Assembly: GCA_964636325.1 (NCBI GenBank)
Contig: CAZWRV010000003.1
Span: 1,824-65,823 of the forward strand
Reading direction: 5' to 3'
DNA from: an uncultured Victivallaceae bacterium
Lineage (GTDB): Bacteria > Verrucomicrobiota > Lentisphaeria > Victivallales > GWF2-50-93
DNA length: 64,000 nucleotides
This document shows positions 41,652 to 51,451 of the stretch, one piece after another. Each line of letters begins with the position of its first letter. The first letter of the stretch is position 1. The notes below the pieces were generated by a model, which saw nothing but the letters and a program-made list of their open reading frames with translations, was not told where the DNA came from and searched no databases. The translations under genes were made by a program, and so were the position numbers.

Positions 41652-44240
41652 CTACTGCCGGAAGGGCGGAAGCCCTCTGATTTCGCGCGCCCTGTATGGC
41701 GAACCGTCCGGCTGCACAAGGCGGACGGTGGTGAAAATCAGGAGGTTACGCTTGGCAAGATCTTCAACCTTGGACTGGAACAGTCTTCCTACGACTGGAA
41801 TTGATCCGAGGCCGGGGATTCTGTCGTCGATATAGCCGCTGGTATCCCTGGTAACTCCGCCCATGACGACCGTCTCTCCATCGTATATCTGCATCTGCGT
41901 GGTTATTGTCCTTGCCTCGATGATCGGCATCCGCAAGGTATTCGTGTAGAAGTTGCCGTTGGCGGCAGGAACCTGATAGCTGTAGTCGATCCATCCGATG
42001 AACGCCTGAAGGACGGGGGTCATGTCAAGGGCTATCGTGTATCTGTCCGCGTCCACCTGCGGAGTCACGGTCAGCCTAACGCCCAGCTCGGTAGGGGATC
42101 CGAACTGCGGTACGGAAGGCGTAAATATATCCCCCCATCCTGCCGCCCCGCCTCCGCCGCCGCCCGCAGGGATATAGTTCGCGTCGCTCCAGCTCTCAGG
42201 CAGATACACCTCCGTTATCATCCTTATGGTCGCCTCCTCTCCGTTCTGCGTCGTTATCCTGGGTGTGGAAAGGATATCTGTGGATTCGGAGGTGTTCAAT
42301 GCGTGGACGAGGGCCTGATATGTGACGCCGTCGCTGGAATGCTTAGTCACATTGAAAATCACATCCCTGTTGTTTGTCCATATCGGCGAAACATCGTCCG
42401 AGAAACGCAGAAGCGGATCGTTCTGGTTGAAGGTCATGCTCTTGTCCGACAGAGGCGGATGCGACAGGGAGGACGGCCTGCTGACAAGCCATTCAAATCC
42501 CAAGGAATTCATGTCCTGCTGGGCGATTTCAACGAATTTCGCCTCAATAAGAACCTGGGGATCGGTGATATTCATCTCCTTCAAGACCTTTTCAATCTTC
42601 TCGAGGTTGTCCGGAGTGTTTGTGGCGATGAGACGGCTGATGGCGGAATCATAGACCACTTTCGCCCCCTCGGGGAATGTGACGCCGCGCTGGACGAAGA
42701 ACTGCTGTATTGCGGCGCTCTGCCCGGTAGCCGCAGCGCCGCCCTCCTCCCCGCCTCCTCCACCGCCTCCGAATTCCGAGAATGTCTCCTGTTCGACGGG
42801 ATATATGCGTGTTTCGAGCTCGTCCAGGGCGACGTCGGGGGAGGCTATGACTACGGCATACTTCTCAACGCGCCACTTCAAGTTCACGCCTCTGCAGACA
42901 TATTTTATCGCCTCGATGAGGGGGATGTCTTCTACAAGGATGGTTACTGTCATGTCACTGCCCGGAGCCGCAAGCGCGCCATCCGTAAGGTTGCCGGCCT
43001 CTTCTTCGGCGTTGGCGCCCTCTGCCGCAGGGGCGGCTCCGCCCTCCGCCCCTTCGGCCGGAGCCGGTGCGGCGGCTCCGCCTTCGCCGCCGGCGGCCGG
43101 CGCCGGTGCGGCACCGCCTCCGCTCAGCCTGAGGAAGATATTGACGCCTTCGCCTTCCTTGTCAAGCTCCTTGCTCTTCATCTTCAGATATTTGACTACT
43201 ACCGGAACTGAAACCTCCTCGAACTCCATCCTGTCGATTATTATGCTCTCCAGCTTTTTCTGTATGTCGCTTACCCCTTCTTTCTTCTCTATCGGAGCTT
43301 CTACTATCTCCTTCTCGCCGGTGAACGTCCTAGGCAGGAGGGGGGTCACATACTTCCATTCGGACTCAGTGAGCCTTTCCTTGAGCGTGAGCTTCAAGCG
43401 GTCGCTGCCTGACTGGAAAAGCTTCTGGTTGACCAACTTCATAAACCTTATCGTATTGATATGATAGGGGTTTATTATCAGAATCTGCTCGAACTTGTCA
43501 CGGGCCTTGTCATACTGTCCGTCGTAATAGAAGGTTTTGCCCTGCTCGTAAAGGACTTCGAGATTATAGGTCCTCTGGTTGGCGTCCGGAAGGAGGGTGT
43601 CCTTGGAGGTTTCCTTGCGGAACTTCAATACATCCTTCATTTTTTCGTATTTTTCAATCATGGCATCCATCCTGGCGGAAGTGGAAGGGCTGATTCTCTT
43701 GGCCTCCTTGCATTTTTCGATCGCCGAATCATACTGGTTCGCGTTCGCGACCTCCTCGGCCTTCGCCGCAACGCTTTGCGCCCAGTAGTAGTAAGCGACC
43801 GACATGGCCTCGTCAACGGAGTCCAGCTTCGCCTTTATCCTGGCGGAAGGATTGGCTCCGCCCAGGCCGAGAAGCTTCTTTTTCGCCTCGAGATAGAGAT
43901 TGATCGCATTTTCATAATCGTTGTTTTGGAAGGCGATCCTGGCCTTGTTGAAAATCTCGTTGACTTTAATGTCCTCCTCGGACATTTCGATTTCAAACTT
44001 ATTGACATCGTTCTCTATTTCCATCTTTATCTCTTCCGGAGAAGGCGGAGGGAATTCCACTGCCGGCTTCTTCTTCGGGGACGGCTGGGGGGCGTCGTCG
44101 GGCAGTTCCTGCTGTCCTTGTACGGCTTCGGGATTAGCCGGATTGTCCGCAGGCGCCTCTTCCTGGGACAGGAGAGGCGTGCCCGGAGCGAACAGCAAGA
44201 TTGGAAGGACGAACAGCGAAATTATTCGCAAAAAACGCAT
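41652..44240 (-). CDS. Secretin-family outer-membrane channel protein (paralogue 2) with an N-terminal TPR-like region and an Ala/Gly/Glu-rich linker
   Basis: The C-terminal secretin signature is DDRIPGLGSIPVVGRLFQSKVEDLAKRNLLIFTTVRLV. The N0/N1-like modules include IIDRMEFEEVSVPVVVKYLK and VEDIPLIEAIKYVCRGVNLKW. It has a signal peptide MRFLRIISLFVLPILLFA. The start is set at the ATG preceded by GGAGG. Confidence 0.85.
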   Translation of the reverse strand: MRFLRIISLFVLPILLFAPGTPLLSQEEAPADNPANPEAVQGQQELPDDAPQPSPKKKPAVEFPPPSPEEIKMEIENDVNKFEIEMSEEDIKVNEIFNKARIAFQNNDYENAINLYLEAKKKLLGLGGANPSARIKAKLDSVDEAMSVAYYYWAQSVAAKAEEVANANQYDSAIEKCKEAKRISPSTSARMDAMIEKYEKMKDVLKFRKETSKDTLLPDANQRTYNLEVLYEQGKTFYYDGQYDKARDKFEQILIINPYHINTIRFMKLVNQKLFQSGSDRLKLTLKERLTESEWKYVTPLLPRTFTGEKEIVEAPIEKKEGVSDIQKKLESIIIDRMEFEEVSVPVVVKYLKMKSKELDKEGEGVNIFLRLSGGGAAPAPAAGGEGGAAAPAPAEGAEGGAAPAAEGANAEEEAGNLTDGALAAPGSDMTVTILVEDIPLIEAIKYVCRGVNLKWRVEKYAVVIASPDVALDELETRIYPVEQETFSEFGGGGGGGEEGGAAATGQSAAIQQFFVQRGVTFPEGAKVVYDSAISRLIATNTPDNLEKIEKVLKEMNITDPQVLIEAKFVEIAQQDMNSLGFEWLVSRPSSLSHPPLSDKSMTFNQNDPLLRFSDDVSPIWTNNRDVIFNVTKHSSDGVTYQALVHALNTSESTDILSTPRITTQNGEEATIRMITEVYLPESWSDANYIPAGGGGGGAAGWGDIFTPSVPQFGSPTELGVRLTVTPQVDADRYTIALDMTPVLQAFIGWIDYSYQVPAANGNFYTNTLRMPIIEARTITTQMQIYDGETVVMGGVTRDTSGYIDDRIPGLGSIPVVGRLFQSKVEDLAKRNLLIFTTVRLVQPDGSPYRAREIRGLPPFRQ

Positions 44241-44280
44241 GATGAAAACCTCCATGTATTATATATGCGATTAACTAAAA

Positions 44281-47094
44281 TCACCTTCTGAAATCCGGCA
44301 TCCCTTTGCCCTCAAGCTCTCTGACAGGCATTCCGTCAGGATTGACAAGCCTCGCAGTGACAAAGATCATAAGATTCCTTTTCTCGCTCCTGTCGTTCTT
44401 GGCGGAGAACAGCCTTCCGAGTATCGGTATGTCACCTATTCCGGCAACCCTGTCGTCGACAGCCGACAGCCTTTCAGTAAGCATTCCGCCCAGGACTATG
44501 GTCTCACCGTCATAGACCTTGACGGTGGCTGTCGCATCGCGCCTTGATATTTCGGGCATCTTCAGGTTGAACTGGGCGCCGGAGCCCGCTATTCCAATGA
44601 TAAGAGTGTAGAAGTTGTTGGTCCAGCCGGACAGATCGACCACCTGCGGGTTGAGCTGCAAAGTTATCGTGTAATGGTTGGGGCTGACCGTGGGAGTGAC
44701 AACAAGGACAATGCCGACGTCGGTGGCGGAGCCGAGGTCAGGCTTGGGAGGGGTTATCTGGAAGACACCGTTGGTGATGGCGACAGTAGGCTCAGTCCAG
44801 GAGGTCGGATAATATTCCTCCCTGACCATCCTTATCTGCGCCTCCTGCCCGCTTGTCGCAATAACCTTGGGCGCGGACAGTATCTCCGTCCTGTCGCTCC
44901 AGTCAATCGCATGCAGCATCATCTGAAGGTGCATCTGGCCCCTGCCTGGCGAACCGAACGCCGGGAACACGAGGTTGTTGATCAGCCTGTCGTTGACTAC
45001 GGGGTCGACTGGGCTGAGCACGCCGCTCATGTTGCTTCCGAGAGGCCTGACGGTCGATGCGTTGGGCGCAATCTGCCACCACGAGTCGGAGTCCGTGGGA
45101 TTCTGTACGCTGGGATCCTTGCTGAAAATCCATTCAAAGCTCAGGTCTTCAAGATCGGTCTGGACCATTTCAATGAATTTAGACTCAATAAGGACTAGGG
45201 GGCTTTCAACGTCAAGTTCCCTCAGGATATATTCAAGGCGCCTGAGGTTTTCCGGGGTGTTCGTGCAGGAAAGCCGGCTGGATTGCCGGTTATAGGCGAT
45301 TCCGGCTCCTTCAGGGAAGGGAATGCCTCTCTCGGCAAAATACGCCATGAGAGCCTCGGCCGTAAGTGACTTCTTCGCGGTCTTATCGTCATCTTTAGAC
45401 AGGATATCCTCCTCAAAAAGTCCCGTACCAGCTTTCTGGGAAGCGATGCTTTCCTCCTTCTCGCCCTGCTCCTGTGGCACTATACGCGTGATCAGCGCCG
45501 CCCTGACCCTGAAATACCTTGTCTCCATGACATCGGGAATTTCATCGCCGATCATTACCGCGTGCTCCTCCACCCTGTATTTCAGCCCGCAGTTCAAGCA
45601 GATATACCTTATAAGTTCGCCGATCGGGATATTGTCGAAGTTCATCGTCACCCTGGGAATTGACGCAAGCCTTTCGGGCTTGATTGTGAGCTGTATGGCG
45701 ATTCCCTCCTTCTGCGTGTCGACCTCCCTGCTCTTCTGCAGGAGCCAAGTTACGACAGACGAAATAGGGGCGTCCTCGAAGTCCATGTGGTCGATCACTA
45801 TCTTCGCAAGCTTCTCATACATTTCCGAGTTCGACGATCTTGAGACATTATCCTCTTCGGGCGGCTTCACGGCCGGAGCGGGCAGGACAGGTTCGTTCCA
45901 TTTCCATCTGACTTCGGTGAGCCTTTCAAGCGTGTCGTTGTATTTCCTTATCTTTGCGAAATAATAAAGCTTCTGGTAAATGTTGGAAAGCAGGTTGGTC
46001 GCCTTCAAATTATATGGATCTCTGGCGAGGATTTTCTCGAGGGCGTTCCTGGCGAGGATGAATTCGTCGTTGTCCAGCAGGACTTCAGCCTGCTTCAAGG
46101 AGACTTCCATCTCATATAGCCTTAAGGGCCTCTCCGGATCCATGTTGAACTTGGGGTTCTCCTGGTCGCTGTGCTCTATGTCGCTGAGCTTGAGCGCTTC
46201 CGCAGTCCGTATTCTCGCGTCGCAATGGTCAATTGCCTTCTGTATGCCTGGTGTGAGCGAATTGTCGGCCTGGACAGCCTTGCGAAGTATTTCCTTCGTC
46301 CTATCATACCTCCCCTTGAGCTCCTCATAATAGACGTCCGCCGACTTCTTCTCCAGCTCATCCGGCTTTTCACATGCGGAGTATGCCTCGAATCCAATGT
46401 CCTTTATATACTGGCCGAGTCTGCTTTTCAGGGATGCAACACCGTCTTCCACCTTCCCCTTCAAGATATCGACCGCCGGGCCCGTAAGCCCTTTCACCGA
46501 CTTGTCGAAGTCGGCCTTCGCGTTGTCAATCAGCTTGATCGCATCGTCGAACTTCTGTTTGTCCGCGAGCGCCTTAGCTTCCTCGAAGAGCTTGCCGCTA
46601 ATGATCGGGTCGGCGATCTCCTTGTTCTTCTTGAGGTTTTCCTCCCTCTGCATATCTTCGGCTGAAACCACGGTCGAGACGTCCGACGAGCCGATCTTCT
46701 TATTTGACTCGCTGATGATCAGCTTAAGAGGCTCCCGCAACGAAGGATCCAGCTCCACGGCGACGTTTGCGGCAACCAAGGCTTGGTCGAACTTCCCTTC
46801 CTTGAAGGCGGATTCGGCCTTGGCCCTGTAATCGGCCGCCTTTTGCAGCTTTCCGGCATCGGCGGCCTTGGCGGCTTTTTGTACAGGCTTTCCGGCTGGC
46901 TCTCCGGCATCTGGCTGTTCATTCTTTTCCGCGTCGGCATTTCTCTCGTCGGGCTTGCCGGCCTTGCCGCCGTCCTGTTTAAGGGAGAGATTGTCGAGAT
47001 CGTCTTCCTGCGCCCCGGCATTGACCGCGCCCACAAATGTGAAGACAGCAACTGCCAGGAACAAAAGCAGATTTGGCTTATTTATCATGAGCAT
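44281..47094 (-). CDS. Secretin-family outer-membrane channel protein (paralogue 1) with an N-terminal TPR-like region
   Basis: The C-terminal secretin signature is DDRVAGIGDIPILGRLFSAKNDRSEKRNLMIFVTARLV. The N-domain modules include VIDHMDFEDAPISSVVTWLL and FDNIPIGELIRYICLNCGLKY. It has a signal peptide. Confidence 0.85.
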   Translation of the reverse strand: MLMINKPNLLLFLAVAVFTFVGAVNAGAQEDDLDNLSLKQDGGKAGKPDERNADAEKNEQPDAGEPAGKPVQKAAKAADAGKLQKAADYRAKAESAFKEGKFDQALVAANVAVELDPSLREPLKLIISESNKKIGSSDVSTVVSAEDMQREENLKKNKEIADPIISGKLFEEAKALADKQKFDDAIKLIDNAKADFDKSVKGLTGPAVDILKGKVEDGVASLKSRLGQYIKDIGFEAYSACEKPDELEKKSADVYYEELKGRYDRTKEILRKAVQADNSLTPGIQKAIDHCDARIRTAEALKLSDIEHSDQENPKFNMDPERPLRLYEMEVSLKQAEVLLDNDEFILARNALEKILARDPYNLKATNLLSNIYQKLYYFAKIRKYNDTLERLTEVRWKWNEPVLPAPAVKPPEEDNVSRSSNSEMYEKLAKIVIDHMDFEDAPISSVVTWLLQKSREVDTQKEGIAIQLTIKPERLASIPRVTMNFDNIPIGELIRYICLNCGLKYRVEEHAVMIGDEIPDVMETRYFRVRAALITRIVPQEQGEKEESIASQKAGTGLFEEDILSKDDDKTAKKSLTAEALMAYFAERGIPFPEGAGIAYNRQSSRLSCTNTPENLRRLEYILRELDVESPLVLIESKFIEMVQTDLEDLSFEWIFSKDPSVQNPTDSDSWWQIAPNASTVRPLGSNMSGVLSPVDPVVNDRLINNLVFPAFGSPGRGQMHLQMMLHAIDWSDRTEILSAPKVIATSGQEAQIRMVREEYYPTSWTEPTVAITNGVFQITPPKPDLGSATDVGIVLVVTPTVSPNHYTITLQLNPQVVDLSGWTNNFYTLIIGIAGSGAQFNLKMPEISRRDATATVKVYDGETIVLGGMLTERLSAVDDRVAGIGDIPILGRLFSAKNDRSEKRNLMIFVTARLVNPDGMPVRELEGKGMPDFRR

Positions 47095-47134
47095 ATTTCC
47101 CTTAATTGTTCATTATGTTAAATATTTTCAGATA

Positions 47135-48463
47135 TCATTTCCTGTCGCGAGGAGGCTGGGGCATCTGCCCAGGGAACACTCCTGGAGGGGCAGGAGGCAT
47201 CGGCATGCCTGCCGGGCCTGGAACAGGCGTCGTCTTGGAAGGCGTCTTCGGCTGTTTCGGAGGCTGCGGGCCGGGAGTGAATCCCGGAGGGAGAGGCATC
47301 CCCTCCGGGTGCATCATGTTCTCCGGATTCTCCTCGGGCGGCGGTATCTCCTTCTTGTCCCATTCCTGCTGTGCGATAAATGTCTTATCCCCGAGATTGA
47401 ATGGCATGCCCTCCTTATTCTTCAACTTCACCTTCTTGTTCTTGGCGTCCGCCGCTCCGTCGACCACATATGTCTCTGGCTGGATGTTCTTGCCGGTAAC
47501 GGTGAATTCGCCGCTGCTGTTGGGCGTGTATTCCTTGCCTGTCGCGGAATCGATGATGAAAATCTTCTCCTTGTTTTCAAAGACCTTCTTTTCGGGTTGT
47601 ATCTCTATTGGAGGATCGTCCTCCCTTTGTATAATGATGCCAGTCATGTCCTTGGAAACCAAGGTCTTGAGCTTTTTATCCTCTACCTCGACGGTTTTCG
47701 GGACAATGTCGACGATGTTGAACTTGTCATTCGGGCCGTAATCTATGACGTTTCCAATCTTGTAGAACTTCAACTTCCCCTTGACATACATCTGGATTTC
47801 CCACTTGCTCTTGTCGTCGCCGCTCTTCACGACCTTCTGAAGCTTCAAGTTCAGCTCCCGGCGCTCTATCTTGCTGACGTAAAGCCTCAATGCGGCCGGG
47901 GGGTGCGACTTCGCGTCGTTCATCTTCGTCTTGAGCTTGTATTCTGTAAGATTGTTGAAGCCATCCTCGTCGAGGTCGGTGAAGGCATCGGTCGGGTTGT
48001 TGGGATCCAAGTTGAATTCCTTCTCGACCTTGTCTGGAATCCCGTCCTTGTCGGTGTCGAAAGTGACGCCGTCCTCATCCGGCCCTTTTTTGATTTTAGG
48101 CGGCTGCAGCTTGGCGCCGCAGTTGGGACATTTCTCTTTTTCCCAGGACTGGTATGGGATAATCTTCGAACAGACCCCGCATGGTGCCGCCGGATACGGG
48201 AGCACCAGATCCGCCGAAAGCTTGTCCTCGGAGTCGGCATTCTGCCTTGCCCAGTCGTGTTCGGAGTAGAATATGTTTGCTATCTCATAATCGGCGAGCT
48301 TCAGCGGGTTGTAGTTCGCCCTTATGTAAGGGAGCTTCAAATCCTCGGGCTTTATGTTAAGTGACACGCTCAGGACCGCGATCAGCCAGATCAGCGAGAA
48401 TATGAACACCAGCAGTGAAATGGCCAGTATTATCTTTTCGTAATGTTTCTTCAGGAAGTTCAT
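47135..48463 (-). CDS. Bitopic pilus-like-system protein: TM anchor, CxxC..CxxC zinc ribbon, TSP3-like Asp-rich repeats, Pro-rich tail
   Basis: The TM is IILAISLLVFIFSLIWLIAVL and the zinc ribbon is CGVCSKIIPYQSWEKEKCPNCG. The Asp-rich repeats are DEDGVTFDTDKDGIPD..DPNNPTD..DLDEDGFNNLTEY. The C-terminal tail is PPGFTPGPQPPKQPK..PPAPPGVFPGQMPQPP. It overlaps the upstream gene by 4 nt. Confidence 0.75.
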   Translation of the reverse strand: MNFLKKHYEKIILAISLLVFIFSLIWLIAVLSVSLNIKPEDLKLPYIRANYNPLKLADYEIANIFYSEHDWARQNADSEDKLSADLVLPYPAAPCGVCSKIIPYQSWEKEKCPNCGAKLQPPKIKKGPDEDGVTFDTDKDGIPDKVEKEFNLDPNNPTDAFTDLDEDGFNNLTEYKLKTKMNDAKSHPPAALRLYVSKIERRELNLKLQKVVKSGDDKSKWEIQMYVKGKLKFYKIGNVIDYGPNDKFNIVDIVPKTVEVEDKKLKTLVSKDMTGIIIQREDDPPIEIQPEKKVFENKEKIFIIDSATGKEYTPNSSGEFTVTGKNIQPETYVVDGAADAKNKKVKLKNKEGMPFNLGDKTFIAQQEWDKKEIPPPEENPENMMHPEGMPLPPGFTPGPQPPKQPKTPSKTTPVPGPAGMPMPPAPPGVFPGQMPQPPRDRK

Positions 48464-49671
48464 TTCGCCTTCTGCACCATGTCGTTTTCGATGAACGTCA
48501 CATACTCGAAAGTTATCTCGGATGTCACTTCGCTTTCGGCGGGATCCCCGAGGATCAGCTTTGCCGGAGCCGCAGTCGAACCTGAGGATTCGGCGTCATC
48601 CTTGGCGGGCTTGAAGACGTTTTCGTCCTCAACGACTTCCTGCTTCTTCTCTGCCGCGGCGGCGGCGATGGGCGCGGCTTCGTCCTTAACCTTCTCTATG
48701 GAGACATATTTGATTTTGTAGACTCTGTTTTCCTTGTAAGCGTTCTTCATGCTGTTGACGAGGTCGCGCAGCGAACCGAGCGGGCAGCTCACGGTCATCT
48801 TATATGGCAGATAATGGTATCCTCTTTCGGTATATCCTTCGATGGTGCCCGTCTTCGCCAGGGACTTGAGGTTCGTGACTCCGGCCCCCTTCATCCTGTA
48901 GACCAGATCCTCCACCATCTTGTAGTTCCTGATTATATAAGGTATATGGTCGGGAACCGGCAGCTTGTTTTCGTAGACGGTGAAGATGTTCCTGTCGGGT
49001 ACGGTTATCGATATTCCTTTCCCGACGTTGGCGGACAGGAGCTTCATCAGGTTGCTGCTCATGCGCAGCATGTAGGCCTTGCATACCTCGGGGGAAATCC
49101 TCCTCTGCAGCCCCATCGCCTCTAAGAGTATGTCGTTGGAATTGACATTGTAGGGCTCGACCGATATCTTCTGATCCTCCTCGACGGTCAAAGTCTCCTT
49201 GTCCATCACCTTCCAGAAGGCCTCCTTTGCCGCGTTCAACGTCTCCGGTTCATACTTCTTGACGAAGCTGGCGAATATCTGCTCCGGCTGGCTGCCCATC
49301 TTGGACTCCTTCAGGAAGAGCTCCCTCCATCTCTTATACATCGCGAACTCGTTCTCCCCCAGCACTTCGCAGAAGGCCTGGAATGCAGCCCTGTACGGCT
49401 TCCCGAAGAGGTAATGGATCTCGTCGGCCTTCTTCTGGACGACAAGCGTGTCCTTCTTGATGTTGTCGAGGTTCTCCTGGACCGGGCCTGGAGGCGGCAT
49501 TTTCGCGGCCTCGTCAATCTTGGCCCTGTTCTCCTGGAGGATGCGCTGATACTCCTTGATCTTCTGATACTTCTGGAGCACCAGGAACAGGAGTGCGACG
49601 GAGGCCGCCAGCGAGACCGCCAGCGTTATGAACAGGAGCATGTTCTTCTTCAATATTGCAATGAAAAGCAT
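48460..49671 (-). CDS. Bitopic PilO-like / Amuc_1100-like pilus-system protein
   Basis: It has an N-terminal TM LFITLAVSLAASVALLFLVL, a coiled-coil region, and a C-terminal alpha/beta domain interrupted by an Ala-rich linker (..YKIKYVSIEKVKDEAAPIAAAAAEKK.. then ..SEITFEYVTFIE). As far as I recall, this architecture resembles Akkermansia Amuc_1100. Confidence 0.65.
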   Translation of the reverse strand: MLFIAILKKNMLLFITLAVSLAASVALLFLVLQKYQKIKEYQRILQENRAKIDEAAKMPPPGPVQENLDNIKKDTLVVQKKADEIHYLFGKPYRAAFQAFCEVLGENEFAMYKRWRELFLKESKMGSQPEQIFASFVKKYEPETLNAAKEAFWKVMDKETLTVEEDQKISVEPYNVNSNDILLEAMGLQRRISPEVCKAYMLRMSSNLMKLLSANVGKGISITVPDRNIFTVYENKLPVPDHIPYIIRNYKMVEDLVYRMKGAGVTNLKSLAKTGTIEGYTERGYHYLPYKMTVSCPLGSLRDLVNSMKNAYKENRVYKIKYVSIEKVKDEAAPIAAAAAEKKQEVVEDENVFKPAKDDAESSGSTAAPAKLILGDPAESEVTSEITFEYVTFIENDMVQKAK

Positions 49672-49672
49672 G

Positions 49673-51451
49673 TTACTTCATCACCGGTTCTTTGAGTTTT
49701 ATGCCCATTGTGAAGCTTGTTATGTTGTTTTCGACGCCCGGATTGAATTGGATCATCCTGATCTCGCTGATGTTGCTGCTGAAGAGCGGCGACTTCACAA
49801 GGTTGTCCTTGAAAGTAGCCTCGAGCGGTGTGCTCTCCTGGAAGTAGAGGAAGTAGCCCTTCACCTCGAGCCATTCGCACTTCGATGTCTCGGTAGGGCC
49901 TCTGGCCACGCCTCCTCCCTTTTTCCTGAATATCGGGATCATCATGGGGCCGCCAGGCCCCTCCCCGCCGCCTTCGGCCACGGCAGCCGCGGCGACTTCG
50001 CCGCCTTCCACGGTAGGCTTGGGAACCACGCTTGTGAGCCACATGTTTTCCGGCAGAAGCCTCTGTATCTCCTCGAAGATGCCTATGACCTTGCAGCGCT
50101 CCTGGAGTATCTTCGCCGCGAAATTGTAGTCGGCCTTGGCGGTCTCAAGCTTGCCATATGCGATCTTGACCTCGTTCTTCATGTTGTCGGTCTTTGCCAC
50201 CTCCTTGGTGGAGAGCTCCGACTTCATCTTGTCTATCTTCTCCTGGTTGATGAGGGCCGCGAACGTCAGGGCGAGGCACAGCACCAGCGAGGCGGCGCTC
50301 ATGAGGAAATACGGGGCCTTGTGCCTTATCTCCTGCAGCTTGCGCAGCTTCTGAGGGACGAGCGAGATCTCTATCGGGCAGACGGTCGCGTGCCTTAGCC
50401 CCAGGCCTATGACCTCCGAGAACATGTGCGCCACCTCGGCAAGCTCCTCCCTGTTTATATTGGGGGACAGGGAGACGACCTGGAAGGGGTTGAAGAAGTC
50501 GGAAGGTATCTTGAGCTTCTCCGTGAAGAATCTCGGCGTGAACGCCATCACGGAGCTTCCGCCTGCAAGATAGAGCTTGTTCGGCTTGTTGCCTTTCTGC
50601 TGGGAGCGGTAGACGTTGATAGACCTGTTGATTTCCCCGTGGAGCCTTGTCATGACGTTTCGGACAATCTTTGAAATCGTGGCGGCCACCTCCGAATCAG
50701 GCTCCTCGTATGCGCCGCCCAAGGCCACGAAACCGTGCTTCCGCTTGAGCTCCTCGGCATCCTTGAACGGAATGCCGAACTCCTTGCTGATCTGCTGGGT
50801 TATGGCATGGCCGGCGACCGCGATCGGCCTCACGAAGAACCTTCCGCTGTCGACGAAGACCAGGCTCGCGCAGCGCGAGCCGATGTTGAGGAGCATCACG
50901 CACTCTTCGCCTCCGATCTCGTTCGCCCTGGCAGCGTTGTAGCAGGCCGCCGGCGCGACGTCCACGAGCATGATCTCCTTGCCGAGCTCCTCGATCACGT
51001 TCGTGATTTCCTCTATCACGGAATCCTTTATCACGACGAACATCACGTTGATCTCGGTGTCGCCCTCGGCGCTTCCGATAAGCTGGTAGTCCCAGACGAC
51101 CTGCTCGATAGGGAAAGGCACGTTCTGCTTGGCCTCGTATTCGACGACCTGGCGAACCCTGTCCTCCTTGTCCCCTATAGGCGGCAGGCTGACGAAGCGG
51201 ATGAACGCGGACTGGCCGGAAATGGAAAGATAGACCTTCTCGGAATTGAACCCCTTTTCCTTGATGGTCGTAATGATGGCAGCCTTCAGCGCCCCGGCCA
51301 GCTCCTCCTCCTTGAGGTCTCCGCCATATTCCGTGAAGGCGAACTTCTCGAGTATCATACCTCCGGCCGGAGGGTAGCTGAACTCGGCGACCTTGAGGCT
51401 GTCGGCACCTATGTCTATCGCCAGAATTTTTTCCTGCTTAGCCATTGTCAC
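49673..51451 (-). CDS. PilM-like actin-fold ATPase fused to a TM/PilN-like and C-terminal periplasmic domain
   Basis: The N-terminus ILAIDIGADSLKVAEF..., ..MLVDVAPAACYNAARAN.. and LYLAGGSSVMAFTPRFF are PilM/FtsA-type. It is followed by the TM FLMSAASLVLCLALTFAALI, a coiled coil, and a ~170-aa periplasmic domain. Confidence 0.8.
   Translation of the reverse strand: MTMAKQEKILAIDIGADSLKVAEFSYPPAGGMILEKFAFTEYGGDLKEEELAGALKAAIITTIKEKGFNSEKVYLSISGQSAFIRFVSLPPIGDKEDRVRQVVEYEAKQNVPFPIEQVVWDYQLIGSAEGDTEINVMFVVIKDSVIEEITNVIEELGKEIMLVDVAPAACYNAARANEIGGEECVMLLNIGSRCASLVFVDSGRFFVRPIAVAGHAITQQISKEFGIPFKDAEELKRKHGFVALGGAYEEPDSEVAATISKIVRNVMTRLHGEINRSINVYRSQQKGNKPNKLYLAGGSSVMAFTPRFFTEKLKIPSDFFNPFQVVSLSPNINREELAEVAHMFSEVIGLGLRHATVCPIEISLVPQKLRKLQEIRHKAPYFLMSAASLVLCLALTFAALINQEKIDKMKSELSTKEVAKTDNMKNEVKIAYGKLETAKADYNFAAKILQERCKVIGIFEEIQRLLPENMWLTSVVPKPTVEGGEVAAAAVAEGGGEGPGGPMMIPIFRKKGGGVARGPTETSKCEWLEVKGYFLYFQESTPLEATFKDNLVKSPLFSSNISEIRMIQFNPGVENNITSFTMGIKLKEPVMK

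Noticed and set aside
42990-43140. A GC-rich repetitive DNA stretch (GCGGCTCCGCC / GGCGCCGGTGCGGC-like), considered as a possible tandem DNA repeat or collagen-like domain.
   Set aside because: It lies inside the secretin ORF and simply encodes an Ala/Gly/Glu/Pro low-complexity linker. There is no exact nucleotide periodicity and no G-x-y triplet pattern.
46868-48364. A 498-aa plus-strand ORF, with similar long antisense ORFs at 51727-52830 (367 aa), 40095-41303 (402 aa), 25590-26798 (402 aa), 30372-31352 (326 aa), 20449-21360 (303 aa), 15596-16414 and 49628-50398.
   Set aside because: Each lies opposite a gene with clear family motifs (secretin-operon proteins, FtsH, UDG, GH2, ThrC, GH). 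Their translations are Arg/Gly/Pro/Leu/His-rich low-complexity sequence. This is typical of stop-poor shadow frames in high-GC DNA with G/C-ending codons. They have no start context and no recognisable motif.
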